Positions 20,067 through 29,145 of a stretch of 64,000 nucleotides of DNA are shown piece after piece (position 1 is the first letter of the stretch; each line of letters begins with the position of its first letter). The position numbers and the translations under genes are program-made. Origin of the DNA: Polyangiales bacterium (GTDB lineage: Bacteria; Myxococcota_A; Polyangia; Polyangiales; Ga0077539); the NCBI GenBank assembly GCA_044229975.1, contig JBGARZ010000016.1, forward strand, positions 64,001-128,000. Reading direction: 5' to 3'. The notes beneath the pieces are model-generated. The model searched no databases, had not been told where the DNA came from, and saw only the letters and a list, made by a program, of their open reading frames with translations.

Positions 20067-20912
20067 TCAGAGCAGCGTCCACGGGGCGCTGTACATCGTG
20101 TTGGGCAGGTGGGCGGGCACGTCGAGCCGCAGCCCGTAGGCCGTCCGCACCTGCGTCGGGTTGTCGCGCATGAGGTACAGGATCACCGTCGCCGTCGCCC
20201 CGTCGGGGCCGCGCAGCAGGCTGTGCACCTCGTACCAGCCGCCGAGTCCGCACATGGCGTCGGGGCAGTCGACCCAGGAGAAGGGGGTGAGGTTCCAGTC
20301 GATGCCGCCGAGGGAGATGCGGCCGATGCCCTGCGCGTCGAGGGTGATGCCGGGGCCGTCGAGGGTGGCCATGCGAACCGGCTCGAAGCCCTCGGGCAAG
20401 CCCACGAAGGGCCGCAGTCGCGCGGTGACCGCGTGGCTCTCGGCGGTGAGCGCGCAGGGGTGCTGCGTGGCGTCAGGAACGAACGAGAGCGCCTTGGTGA
20501 GTCCCTCGACGTAGACGCCCGCCGTCTGTCCGTTGCGGCAGTAGAGGAAGGCGACCTGGAGGTCGTTGGCGTCGGTCGTGTAGAGGTGGATGAGCTGGTA
20601 GCCCGCGGACGACCAGTCGACGGTTTGCGCCGCGAGGGTGGGCCGCGCGTCACCGCCCACGGTCACGGTGCCAATGTTGTCGGTGAGGTCGGCGCGCTCG
20701 TAGCCGCTGACGGGCTCGGACAGGCCGGTGTAACGGAAGGGCAGCGCGAGCTCGCCGGTCCACTCGGGCGAGGGCGCGTCGGCGGCGACCACGTCGCTCG
20801 CATCGGGCGCGTCGGTGACCTGCGCATCGGCGACGGGGACATCGATCGGGGCGATGTCGTCCGAGCAGGCGACGACGAGCACGGCGGCGAGGAGACCGAG
20901 GGGCGCTCTCAC
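20067..20912 (-). CDS. Hypothetical lipoprotein
   Basis: GTG 20912 overlaps the upstream stop (GTGA); lipobox LVVAC; acidic linker. Confidence 0.7.
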   Translation of the reverse strand: MRAPLGLLAAVLVVACSDDIAPIDVPVADAQVTDAPDASDVVAADAPSPEWTGELALPFRYTGLSEPVSGYERADLTDNIGTVTVGGDARPTLAAQTVDWSSAGYQLIHLYTTDANDLQVAFLYCRNGQTAGVYVEGLTKALSFVPDATQHPCALTAESHAVTARLRPFVGLPEGFEPVRMATLDGPGITLDAQGIGRISLGGIDWNLTPFSWVDCPDAMCGLGGWYEVHSLLRGPDGATATVILYLMRDNPTQVRTAYGLRLDVPAHLPNTMYSAPWTLL

Positions 20913-21103
20913 GGCGACGTTCTCGATGGCGCAGCGTCGGGTGCTGTCGCGACGGGCGGCGCATAGACGACCTCGATGGGGCCGGGCGGTCCCGCGGATC
21001 GCGGCGGTGGCTGCAAGCGAGCGGGAGGAGGCGGCGTCGGTGCGGCGCGCTGGCTGCCGCAACCCAGGAGCAGGAGCGTGACCAGGGCTATGGCGGCGCG
21101 CAT
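20909..21103 (-). CDS. Small Pro-rich lipoprotein (64 aa)
   Basis: MRAAIALVTLLLLGC lipobox; fills the gap between the kinase and the next gene with a coupled stop/start. Confidence 0.6.
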   Translation of the reverse strand: MRAAIALVTLLLLGCGSQRAAPTPPPPARLQPPPRSAGPPGPIEVVYAPPVATAPDAAPSRTSP

Positions 21104-21107
21104 GTCG

Positions 21108-22709
21108 CTACTCGGACTTCTTCTTCTTGCCAAACAGGTCGTGCGTCAGCAGCGCCTTCACCGACGCGACCGACACCGGCTGCCGCAGCTTGTCCACCAG
21201 CGACCCGTCCGCCCGCGCCGGAACCAGATTCCGCGGCAGCGCGTCGAAGGGAAACAGCGGCCGGTCGAAGAGCGGCGCCACGCCCGCGACGATCGCCTTC
21301 TGCCGGTCGCTGCTCGACAGCGTCAGGAGGTTCTTCAGCCCGCGAAACACCTTCTCCTGCGACGGCGACGGGCGGTCGCCCTGGTGCGACGCGAGCGCGG
21401 CGTCGAGCAGCAGCGCGAGGTGCGACAGGCTCTGCGTGAAGCGCGGGTCGTTCGGCGGCGCGCTGAGCAGCTCGTCCTGCAACACGCCCCAGAGCGCGAG
21501 GGCGATGGCCTCGCCGCGCATGGCGTCGGCCGTGGGCAGCGCAGCCAGGAGCGACGCGGCGGCGGAGTCCGGCGACTCGGCGCGGATGCGCTGGACGATC
21601 CCCGTGATCTGGAGCGACGGGTTGGAGCGCAGCAGGTCGGGGTTGGTTCGCCCCGGCGCGTAGGGGACCTCCGGGCGCGACGGGGTGACGCTCGCGACGG
21701 CGTCGAAGACGGGCAGCACCGTGATGCGGGCGTCGTCCACGAGGCCCAGCGACTCCAGCTCCTTCATCGCCTCGGAGAGCGTCGCGCGGACGACGGCCAT
21801 GCTCTGCGGGCGGCGCTTCGGGTCCTTCTCCAGCATCGATGCGACGAGCTCACCGAGGCGCGCGTCGGCCAGCTCGGGGCGGTGCGCGGCGATGGGGTCG
21901 GCGGCCATGGTGAGCTGCTGCGTGATGAGCGCGAGCTCGGACTCGCCCAGGAACGGTCGCCGCCCCGCGAGGCACTCGTAGAAGATCACCCCGAGCGCGT
22001 ACACGTCCGACGCGGGGGTCACCTCGCCGTAGCGGCGGTCGATCTGCTCGGGGCTCATGTACGCGGGCGTCCCGACGACGGTGCCCGCGCGGGTGATGCT
22101 GCCGCCGTCGTGCTGCTCGGCGTCGCGCAGGTGGGCGATGCCGAAGTCCAGCACCTTCACCCGACCCTCGCGGCCCGCTTCGGTGAGCACCATCACGTTC
22201 TCGGGCTTCAGGTCACGATGAACGATCCCCATCCGGTGCGCGGCGTCCATCGCGTCGCACACCTGCGAGGCCACGCGCGCGAAGCCGTCGAGCGGCAGCG
22301 CCCCTTCGCGCCGCAGCACCTGGTGGAGCGCGGTGCCCTCCAGAAACTCCATCACGAGGTAGATGCCCATCTCCTCGTGCACCCCGAAGTCCGTCACCAG
22401 CACGGTGTTTTCGTGGCGCAGCCGACTGCACGCCACGGCCTCGCGGCGAAAGCGCTCGGCCACCATCTCGTCGTCCGAGAACTGCGGGTGCAGCACCTTC
22501 ACCGCGTACGGCGTCCCGAGCGAGACGTGCTCCGCGCGGTACACCGATCCCATGCCGCCGGAGCCCAGCTTCTCCGTCAGCCGGAGGTTGCCCACGACGC
22601 GCCCCAGGTTGGCGTCCACCTTGGCGGGCTTGAAAGTCGCACCACAACGCCCGCATCGGCTGGCGGTGCTCACGACGGGGTTCGCACACTTGGGGCACGC
22701 GGCTCTCAT
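21108..22709 (-). CDS. Cytoplasmic Ser/Thr protein kinase with N-terminal zinc ribbon
   Basis: CPKC..CGRC, GSGGMGSVY, YAVK, HRDLKPEN, DFG, GTPAYMSPE; no TM. Confidence 0.92.
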   Translation of the reverse strand: MRAACPKCANPVVSTASRCGRCGATFKPAKVDANLGRVVGNLRLTEKLGSGGMGSVYRAEHVSLGTPYAVKVLHPQFSDDEMVAERFRREAVACSRLRHENTVLVTDFGVHEEMGIYLVMEFLEGTALHQVLRREGALPLDGFARVASQVCDAMDAAHRMGIVHRDLKPENVMVLTEAGREGRVKVLDFGIAHLRDAEQHDGGSITRAGTVVGTPAYMSPEQIDRRYGEVTPASDVYALGVIFYECLAGRRPFLGESELALITQQLTMAADPIAAHRPELADARLGELVASMLEKDPKRRPQSMAVVRATLSEAMKELESLGLVDDARITVLPVFDAVASVTPSRPEVPYAPGRTNPDLLRSNPSLQITGIVQRIRAESPDSAAASLLAALPTADAMRGEAIALALWGVLQDELLSAPPNDPRFTQSLSHLALLLDAALASHQGDRPSPSQEKVFRGLKNLLTLSSSDRQKAIVAGVAPLFDRPLFPFDALPRNLVPARADGSLVDKLRQPVSVASVKALLTHDLFGKKKKSE

Positions 22710-22793
22710 GCTGCGATCGTAGATGACAACGCGGGCGCGACGCGAGCCCCGCAATGGCGGGTGTCCATCGCCGCCGTGTTACAAGCGCGGACC

Positions 22794-23792
22794 GTGCTGC
22801 ACGGTCGCCACCGAAGCCTCTTCCCTGCGCTCGTCGCCGTAGTCCTCGCCGCCTGCGCGATGGGGAAGGACGAGCCCTCCGATGCATCGAGCCCGGTCGA
22901 CAAGGACGCCGCAGTGCTCGACGACGTCCCGTCCACCGACTCGCCGACCACGCCTCCGGTCGATGTGCCTGCGCTGACGGACGTTCCGATTCGGGTCGAT
23001 GTTTCCGCGGCGGTCGATGTCGCGGTCGTCGTGGATGTCCCGGCTCCCGTAGACGTTCGCGCGGTCGACGTCCCGACCGTGCGCGATGTCCCCGTTCCGA
23101 TCGATGTCCCTGTCCCGATGGATGTTCCGACCGTGCGCGATGTCCCGGTCGTGGACGTCGCTCGCGTCGACGCGGGTACTCCCGACGTGGGCTTTCCCGA
23201 TGCGGGCTTTCCCGACGTCGGTACTCCCGATGCGGGCTTTCCTGATGTCGGTACTCCCGATGCGGGCGCTCGCGTCTGTCCCACCGCGCTCGCGCTCGGG
23301 CTCTTCGACACCGGCACCGACGGCTGGACCTTCGACAGCCTCTGGCGCCAGGGATCGGGCGGCATGGTCGCCGGCTCCACCACCCGGTTTTCGTCGACCT
23401 ACACGCAGAACCTCACCAGCGGCACCGACACTGACCTCTCCGGTTGCACCTCGGCGCTCCTCACGTTCTCGGTGCGTCTCGACGATGACCCGGCGTACGA
23501 CTCGTCGCTCGACAAGTCCGAGCGCCTCTCGCCACAGTGCTCGGGCGACGGTGGCTCCGTGTGGACCAACCTGACGCCGAACCCCTGGCCCGCGCGACAG
23601 GCGCAGTGTGCGACCACCTACTGCTCCGGCGGATACAACTCCACGCGCGCCTTCGCGATCACGGCGCAGTCCATCACGCTCCCGCCGTCGTGCCTCACGG
23701 CGCGGGTCCGCGTCCGCTTCCAGGCCCGCGGCGCTAGCGTCTGGCGCCTCCAGAACCCCGGCTGGACCATCGACTCCGTCCGCATCAACTGA
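22794..23792 (+). CDS. Lipoprotein with (V/I)DVP-rich linker and C-terminal beta-sandwich domain
   Basis: Lipobox VLAAC; many DVP/DAG repeats; C-terminus VRVRFQ..PGWTIDSVRIN. Start is approximate. Confidence 0.7.
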   Translation: MLHGRHRSLFPALVAVVLAACAMGKDEPSDASSPVDKDAAVLDDVPSTDSPTTPPVDVPALTDVPIRVDVSAAVDVAVVVDVPAPVDVRAVDVPTVRDVPVPIDVPVPMDVPTVRDVPVVDVARVDAGTPDVGFPDAGFPDVGTPDAGFPDVGTPDAGARVCPTALALGLFDTGTDGWTFDSLWRQGSGGMVAGSTTRFSSTYTQNLTSGTDTDLSGCTSALLTFSVRLDDDPAYDSSLDKSERLSPQCSGDGGSVWTNLTPNPWPARQAQCATTYCSGGYNSTRAFAITAQSITLPPSCLTARVRVRFQARGASVWRLQNPGWTIDSVRIN

Positions 23793-23798
23793 CCTGCC

Positions 23799-25487
23799 GT
23801 GCGACCTCCCTATCACCTCGCTGCGATCGCGCTCACCGCGTGTGCCTCGCCCGCCACACCGGTCGCCCCCGATGCGTCGCCCACCGCCGCGGTCGATGTG
23901 CCGATGGCTCCGCGCGGCCCGGTGCTGCGCCAGGTCGGGGCCGACACGGAGATCCTCAACGACGCCTCGGGGATGCCCCATGCGTCGCAGTTCGTCGCGC
24001 CCGACGGCATCCCCAACACCCTCTTCGTCGCCAACGCCTACGGCGGCTTCCTGCGCTACACGCGCGGCGCCGCGGGCCTCTCGCTCGTCGTCCGCAGCGA
24101 GCCGCGCATGCCGCCGATGCCGCTCATCTACTGCAACCAGCTCGCGGTCCACGCGGCGAGCGCCACCGTGTACTGCACGGGTCTCCTGAGCTCGACCATC
24201 TCGCTCCTCGACGCCGCGACCGGGGTCGTCCGCGCCTCGCTGCCCGACGGCGACGACGTCCGTCATCGCGGCGTCGCGGTGCACGGCGATGCGCTCTACC
24301 TCGCCTCCGTCGAGCGCGGCCTCTGGCGCCGCCCCATCCGCACCGACGGAACCCTCGGCGACCCCACCCGCCTCCTCGAAGGAACCTTCCTCCACGTCGT
24401 CGATCTGCCCACCGCCGTCGCCGCCGTCGAGCGCAACGGCACGGTGCATCTCCTCCCCGACGACGGCAGCGCGAGCGCCCGCGTCGACCTCGTCGGCCCG
24501 CCGCTCGGCGTGCGCGTCCATGGCGACGAGCTGTGGGTCGCGCTCGGCTCGCAGGGTGTCGCCGTCGTCGACCTCACGACCCGCGCCGTCCGCCGCTTCC
24601 CGCTCGACTGCGTGGCCAGCGCCGTCGATGCCACCGCCGACGCCGTGGTGGTCGGCTGCCGCCAGGGACTGCGCCTCTACGCGCGCCCCGCGGCCAACGC
24701 CAACGCCCTCGGCGCGCTGCTCTCCAACACCCGCGTGGACTTCGCGCTCACGGGCGTGCTCGCGCTCGCCGAGGGCCTCTACGCGCTCGACTGGCACACG
24801 CTGCGCCGCTACGAGGTCACCGCCGAAGCGTCTGCGCCAGTGGGTGTTCCGGAGGCGCCGCTGGGCTTCACGCTGCCGGCCGGTCGGTCGGTGCGCTTCG
24901 AGGTGCACAACCCCTTCGCGACCTCCCAGAGCGCCGACTCCATGACGCTCGCGCCGGGGCAGCGCGCGTGGTTCACGGCCGCGCCCAGCACCGCGGGCTT
25001 CGTGCGCGTGATGCTGAGCGGAGGGCGCTCCATCGAGGTCGGCGCAGCGGTCGCGGACGCGGAGACGGTGGCGCCGGGCGGCGTCCTCGGGCTGCCGTAC
25101 CCCAACGCGTGGGTCTACATCCTCCAGCCCGACTGCGCGCTGCAATGGCCCGACGTGGAAGACCTGCTCTGGACCCGCGCGCACGGCGGCCTCGGCGACG
25201 GTCGCTCCATCGAGGTCGTGATGCTGCCCAACGGTTCGATCAACCCGCCCTCCCGCTACCGCGCGCTCTGGTCACCGCTGCCGTTGCCGATGCTCTCCGA
25301 GCTGCTGCCGCTGCCCGACCTGCCGGGGCGCGACCTGCCGACGGTGATCCGCCGCTTCAACCTCATGCACCTCATCGGCGGCCCCGAGAGCACGCTCTTC
25401 GCCGCCACCGACGCCAACCGCCGCGTGGTCACCATGGACACGCAGTACCGCGGCGCCTTCGGCCTGCGCGTCGAAGCGCTGCCCTGA
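23799..25487 (+). CDS. Lipoprotein with probable beta-propeller domain
   Basis: Lipobox ALTAC; repeated GVAVHGDALYLA / GVRVHGDELWVA blades. Confidence 0.7.
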   Translation: MRPPYHLAAIALTACASPATPVAPDASPTAAVDVPMAPRGPVLRQVGADTEILNDASGMPHASQFVAPDGIPNTLFVANAYGGFLRYTRGAAGLSLVVRSEPRMPPMPLIYCNQLAVHAASATVYCTGLLSSTISLLDAATGVVRASLPDGDDVRHRGVAVHGDALYLASVERGLWRRPIRTDGTLGDPTRLLEGTFLHVVDLPTAVAAVERNGTVHLLPDDGSASARVDLVGPPLGVRVHGDELWVALGSQGVAVVDLTTRAVRRFPLDCVASAVDATADAVVVGCRQGLRLYARPAANANALGALLSNTRVDFALTGVLALAEGLYALDWHTLRRYEVTAEASAPVGVPEAPLGFTLPAGRSVRFEVHNPFATSQSADSMTLAPGQRAWFTAAPSTAGFVRVMLSGGRSIEVGAAVADAETVAPGGVLGLPYPNAWVYILQPDCALQWPDVEDLLWTRAHGGLGDGRSIEVVMLPNGSINPPSRYRALWSPLPLPMLSELLPLPDLPGRDLPTVIRRFNLMHLIGGPESTLFAATDANRRVVTMDTQYRGAFGLRVEALP

Positions 25488-25504
25488 GGACCACGCGCAC
25501 GGAG

Positions 25505-25535
25505 GCACCGCCCCGGCGGTTGGCCGGGGCGATGC
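25505..25535. terminator. Hairpin between convergent genes
   Basis: GCA-C-CGCCCCGGC-GGTTG-GCCGGGGCG-A-TGC. Confidence 0.55.
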
Positions 25536-25571
25536 TGCGAGGAGTTTGGAGGAGGAAGGGAAGGGGAGCGG

Positions 25572-28500
25572 TCAGGGAAGCGGCGAGCGCGCGACGAGGC
25601 GCAGGGCGGACTCGCCGGTCGACATGATCAGGGTGTCGACGCCGTCGAAGGCGAGGCCCGCGACGAAGAACCCGTCGTCGTAGTCGTAGCTCCCGAGGGC
25701 CGTGCTGGTGCCGCCCGCGAAGGGCAGCGAGAACAGCCGGTCGCCCGACGAGTCGGCGAGGTAGTAGAGGCTGCGGACGTTGTCGACGGCGACGCCGTCG
25801 AAGGACACGCCGCTGCCCGTGAAGAGCGTCGACACCACGGCCCCGGCGGTCACGATCTTCACCGTGCTGCCGGCCACGACGACGGCGGTGTTGTTCGGGG
25901 TGAACGCGATGTCCGACCCGGTGCCGACGATGGTGGCGAAGTTGGTCACCGCCGCCGTGGCGGGGTTGACCATCCGCAGCTCGGCGAACTGCCCGACCAC
26001 CGCGATGAAGTCCCCGAAGGTGCTGAAGCCCGACGGGACGATCGCGATGGCGTTGGGCGCCCCCGAGATGGTCACGAGCAGCGACGAGGCGCCGGTCGAC
26101 GGGTTGATGGCGTAGAGCCCGCCCGTGTCGCTCACGGCGTAGATGGTGTTGCGCGCGACGTGGAAGGCCACGCTGAGCAGGCGGCCGCCGACGCCGCTGG
26201 CGACGACGCGCTGCGAGCCGTCGGTGCGCGACACCGAGATCACCTGACCCGACTGGGTGCCGAAGATCAGGTTGCCCAGGTTGTCGAAGGCCAGGTCGTT
26301 GTAGCTGCCCGGCGTGCCCGCGATGTCGATCGGGAAGAAGCGCGCCGGGAAGGGCAGCGCCACCGTCTGGCAGCGGGCCATGTTGCAGACCTGGCCGGCC
26401 GTGCAGCGAGTGCCGCAGGCGCCGCAGTTGTTGGGGTCGTAGCTGGTGTCGACGCACAGGCCGCTGCACGCGGTCTGACCCGTCGCGCAGTTGGCCTGGC
26501 AGGCGCCGGCCACGCAGACCTGCACGCCGGGGCACGCGGTGCCGCAGGCGTTGCAGTTGGCGCGGTCGGTCTGGAGGTCGCGGCAGGTGCCCGAGCACGC
26601 GGTCAGGCCCGTCGGGCACGACAGCACGCACGAACCCGCGGTGCACACCCGCCCGGAGGCGCAGACGGTGGTGCAGGTGCCGCAACGGTCGCGGTCGGTC
26701 TGGAGGTCGCGGCACACGCCCGAGCAGTTGGTCTGCCCCGGCGGGCACGACACCTGGCAGGCGCCCGCCACGCAGAGCTGGCCCGCCGCGCACGCGGTGT
26801 TGCACGCGCCGCAGTGGGCCCGGTCGGTCTGCACGTCGCGGCAGGCGCCCGCGCAGAACACCTGTCCGCCGCCGCACGTCGGCGCGCACACGCCGCCCGA
26901 GCACACCTCGCCGCTGGCGCAGGTGCGCGCGCACACGCCGCAGTTGGCGCGGTCGGTCTGGAGGTCGCGGCAGACGCCCGAGCACTCGTTGAGGCCCGCG
27001 CCGCACGACACCTGGCAGGTGCCTGCCGAGCACACCTGACCCGAGGCGCACGCGTTGCCGCACGCGCCGCAGTGGGCGCGGTCGGTGAGCAGGTCACGGC
27101 ACGCGCCCGCGCAGGCCGTCTGCGAGGACGCGCACGACAGGGCGCACACACCCGCGGTGCACACCTGGCCGGTCGCGCAGGCGTTGCCGCACGCGCCGCA
27201 GTTGGCGCGGTCGGTCTGGAGGTCGCGGCACACGCCCGAGCAGGCCGTCGAACCCGACCCGCACGAGACGGTGCAGACGCCCGCGACGCACACCGAGCCC
27301 GCCGCGCAGGCGTTGCCGCAGGCGTTGCAGTTGGCGCGGTCGGTCTGCAGGTCGCGGCACACGCCCGAGCACACCGTCGTGCCCGCGACGCAGCTCACCT
27401 GGCAGACGCCCGCGGAGCAGACCTGGCCCGCGGTGCAGGTCGTCCCGCACGCGCCGCAGTTGGCGCGGTCGGTCTGGAGATCGCGGCAGACGCCCGAGCA
27501 CTCCGACGTCCCGGAGACGCACGAGACCTGGCAGGTTCCGCCCGAGCAGAGCCGCCCCGGGGCGCAGGCGTTGCCGCACGCGCCGCAGTGACCGCGATCG
27601 GTCTGGAGGTCGCGGCAGATGCCCGAGCACTCCGTCGTGCCGCCCGCGCAGCTCACCTGGCAGACGCCCGCGGAGCACACCTGGCCCGCGGCGCAGGTCG
27701 TCCCGCACGCGCCGCAGTTGGCGCGATCGGTCTGGAGGTCACGGCAGGTGCCCGAGCACTCCGTCGTGCCCGCGCCGCAGGAGACCGAACACACCCCCGC
27801 GGTGCACACCGCGCCCGGGGCGCAGGCGTTGCCACACGCGTTGCAGTTGGCGCGGTCGGTCTGGAGGTCGCGGCAGACGCCGCTGCAGTCGGTGGTTCCG
27901 CCGCCGCAGGAGGTCTGGCACGAGCCCGCCGAACAAACCTGTCCAGCCGCACACGCCGTCCCGCAGACGCCGCAGTTGGCGCGGTCGGTCTGGAGGTCGC
28001 GGCAGAGCCCCGAGCAGTCGGTGGTTCCGCCGCCGCACGAGGTCTGGCAGGTGCCGCCCGAGCACACCTGGCCGGCGGCGCAGGTCGTCCCGCACGCGCC
28101 GCAGTTGGCGCGATCGGTCTGGAGGTCACGGCAGACGCCGGTGCAGTCGGTGGTTCCGCCGCCGCACGAGGTCTGGCACGAGCCCGTCGAGCACACCTGG
28201 CCCGCGGCGCACGCGTTGCCGCAGGCGCCGCAGTGGGCGCGGTCGGTCTGCACGTCGCGACACGAGCCCGAGCAGTTGGTCTCGCTGCTGCCGCAGTTCA
28301 CGACGCAGCTCCCGCCCGTGCACACCTGACCCGCGGGGCACGCGTTGCCGCACGAGCCGCAGTTGGCGCGGTCGGTCTGGGTGTTGGCGCAGAAGCGCTC
28401 CGCCCCGCCGTCGACGCCGGCGTCGGACGAGCCGCTGCACAGCGCGAGGGTGGGGCCGCACTCCAGCCCGCAGCGACCGGCGGCGCACACCTGCCCGGTG

Positions 28501-28841
28501 CCGCACGCGGTGCCGCACGCGCCGCAGTTGGCGCGGTCGGTGTCGGTCGACACGCAGCGGTTGCCGCAGAGGACCTGCCCATCGGGGCACGACACCCGGC
28601 ACGCGCCGGCGACGCAGACCTGGGTGCGCGGGCAAGAAGTGCCGCAGCTCCCGCAGTTGGTGGGGTCCTCCTGGAGGTTGGCGCACGCGCCGCCACAGGC
28701 GACCTGCGGGGACGAACACTGGACGTCGCGAGGAACGTCCATGCCGCCCGCGTCGTTGCCGCCGACGACGCTCGGGCCGCTGGTACAGCCCGCGAGCGCG
28801 AAGAGCGCGGCAAATAAGACGTATTGGTGAAGTCGTGTCAT
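25572..28841 (-). CDS. Cys-rich repeat lipoprotein (18 x ~43-aa MXAN_6577-like repeats) with C-terminal beta-propeller
   Basis: GGAGG RBS; lipobox ALAGC; repeat SCxxGxTxCSGxCRDLQTDRANCGACGxxCxxGQVCxxGxC; propeller blades DLAFD, DIAFT, GLAFD. Confidence 0.88.
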   Translation of the reverse strand: MTRLHQYVLFAALFALAGCTSGPSVVGGNDAGGMDVPRDVQCSSPQVACGGACANLQEDPTNCGSCGTSCPRTQVCVAGACRVSCPDGQVLCGNRCVSTDTDRANCGACGTACGTGQVCAAGRCGLECGPTLALCSGSSDAGVDGGAERFCANTQTDRANCGSCGNACPAGQVCTGGSCVVNCGSSETNCSGSCRDVQTDRAHCGACGNACAAGQVCSTGSCQTSCGGGTTDCTGVCRDLQTDRANCGACGTTCAAGQVCSGGTCQTSCGGGTTDCSGLCRDLQTDRANCGVCGTACAAGQVCSAGSCQTSCGGGTTDCSGVCRDLQTDRANCNACGNACAPGAVCTAGVCSVSCGAGTTECSGTCRDLQTDRANCGACGTTCAAGQVCSAGVCQVSCAGGTTECSGICRDLQTDRGHCGACGNACAPGRLCSGGTCQVSCVSGTSECSGVCRDLQTDRANCGACGTTCTAGQVCSAGVCQVSCVAGTTVCSGVCRDLQTDRANCNACGNACAAGSVCVAGVCTVSCGSGSTACSGVCRDLQTDRANCGACGNACATGQVCTAGVCALSCASSQTACAGACRDLLTDRAHCGACGNACASGQVCSAGTCQVSCGAGLNECSGVCRDLQTDRANCGVCARTCASGEVCSGGVCAPTCGGGQVFCAGACRDVQTDRAHCGACNTACAAGQLCVAGACQVSCPPGQTNCSGVCRDLQTDRDRCGTCTTVCASGRVCTAGSCVLSCPTGLTACSGTCRDLQTDRANCNACGTACPGVQVCVAGACQANCATGQTACSGLCVDTSYDPNNCGACGTRCTAGQVCNMARCQTVALPFPARFFPIDIAGTPGSYNDLAFDNLGNLIFGTQSGQVISVSRTDGSQRVVASGVGGRLLSVAFHVARNTIYAVSDTGGLYAINPSTGASSLLVTISGAPNAIAIVPSGFSTFGDFIAVVGQFAELRMVNPATAAVTNFATIVGTGSDIAFTPNNTAVVVAGSTVKIVTAGAVVSTLFTGSGVSFDGVAVDNVRSLYYLADSSGDRLFSLPFAGGTSTALGSYDYDDGFFVAGLAFDGVDTLIMSTGESALRLVARSPLP
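26365..28720 (-). repeat. Intragenic tandem array, ~129-bp unit x 18
   Basis: Counted in the translation; GCGCGGTCGGTCTGGAGGTCGCGGCA recurs on the + strand. Confidence 0.9.
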
Positions 28842-28990
28842 GGGGTCGGAATCCTCCGTGTGGGGGGTTGGTGAGCGCGCGCTTCGACCCGACGACGCGG
28901 CGCGCCCCGCGAACATCGCACACAATCGCCGCGATCTCGCCGACTACGGTGCGCGGGTCTGACGCCCGCAGCTCCCCGCCTGGTGTCACA

Positions 28991-29138
28991 TCGCAAGAGT
29001 TCTGGCGGGTTGGAGGCCGCAAGGGCGCCAGGGTCGCAAGGACAAGATGAGATGAGGTGTTGGTGAGTCGCTCTGTTCGTTCCTCCCTTGCGACCCTGGC
29101 GCCCTTGCGGCCTCTCCAGCCCGTCAGAACATTTGCGA
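28991..29138. repeat. Long intergenic inverted repeat (MITE/REP-like)
   Basis: Perfect 29-bp arms 29013-29041 / 29086-29114, extending imperfectly to ~51 bp; 44-bp spacer. Confidence 0.85.
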
Positions 29139-29145
29139 CGCGGTC

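Noticed and set aside
26365..28720. Multiheme cytochrome or ferredoxin reading of the CxxC-rich repeats
   Set aside because: The repeats read (N/H)CGxCG rather than CxxCH, and the protein is exported, so disulfides are more likely.
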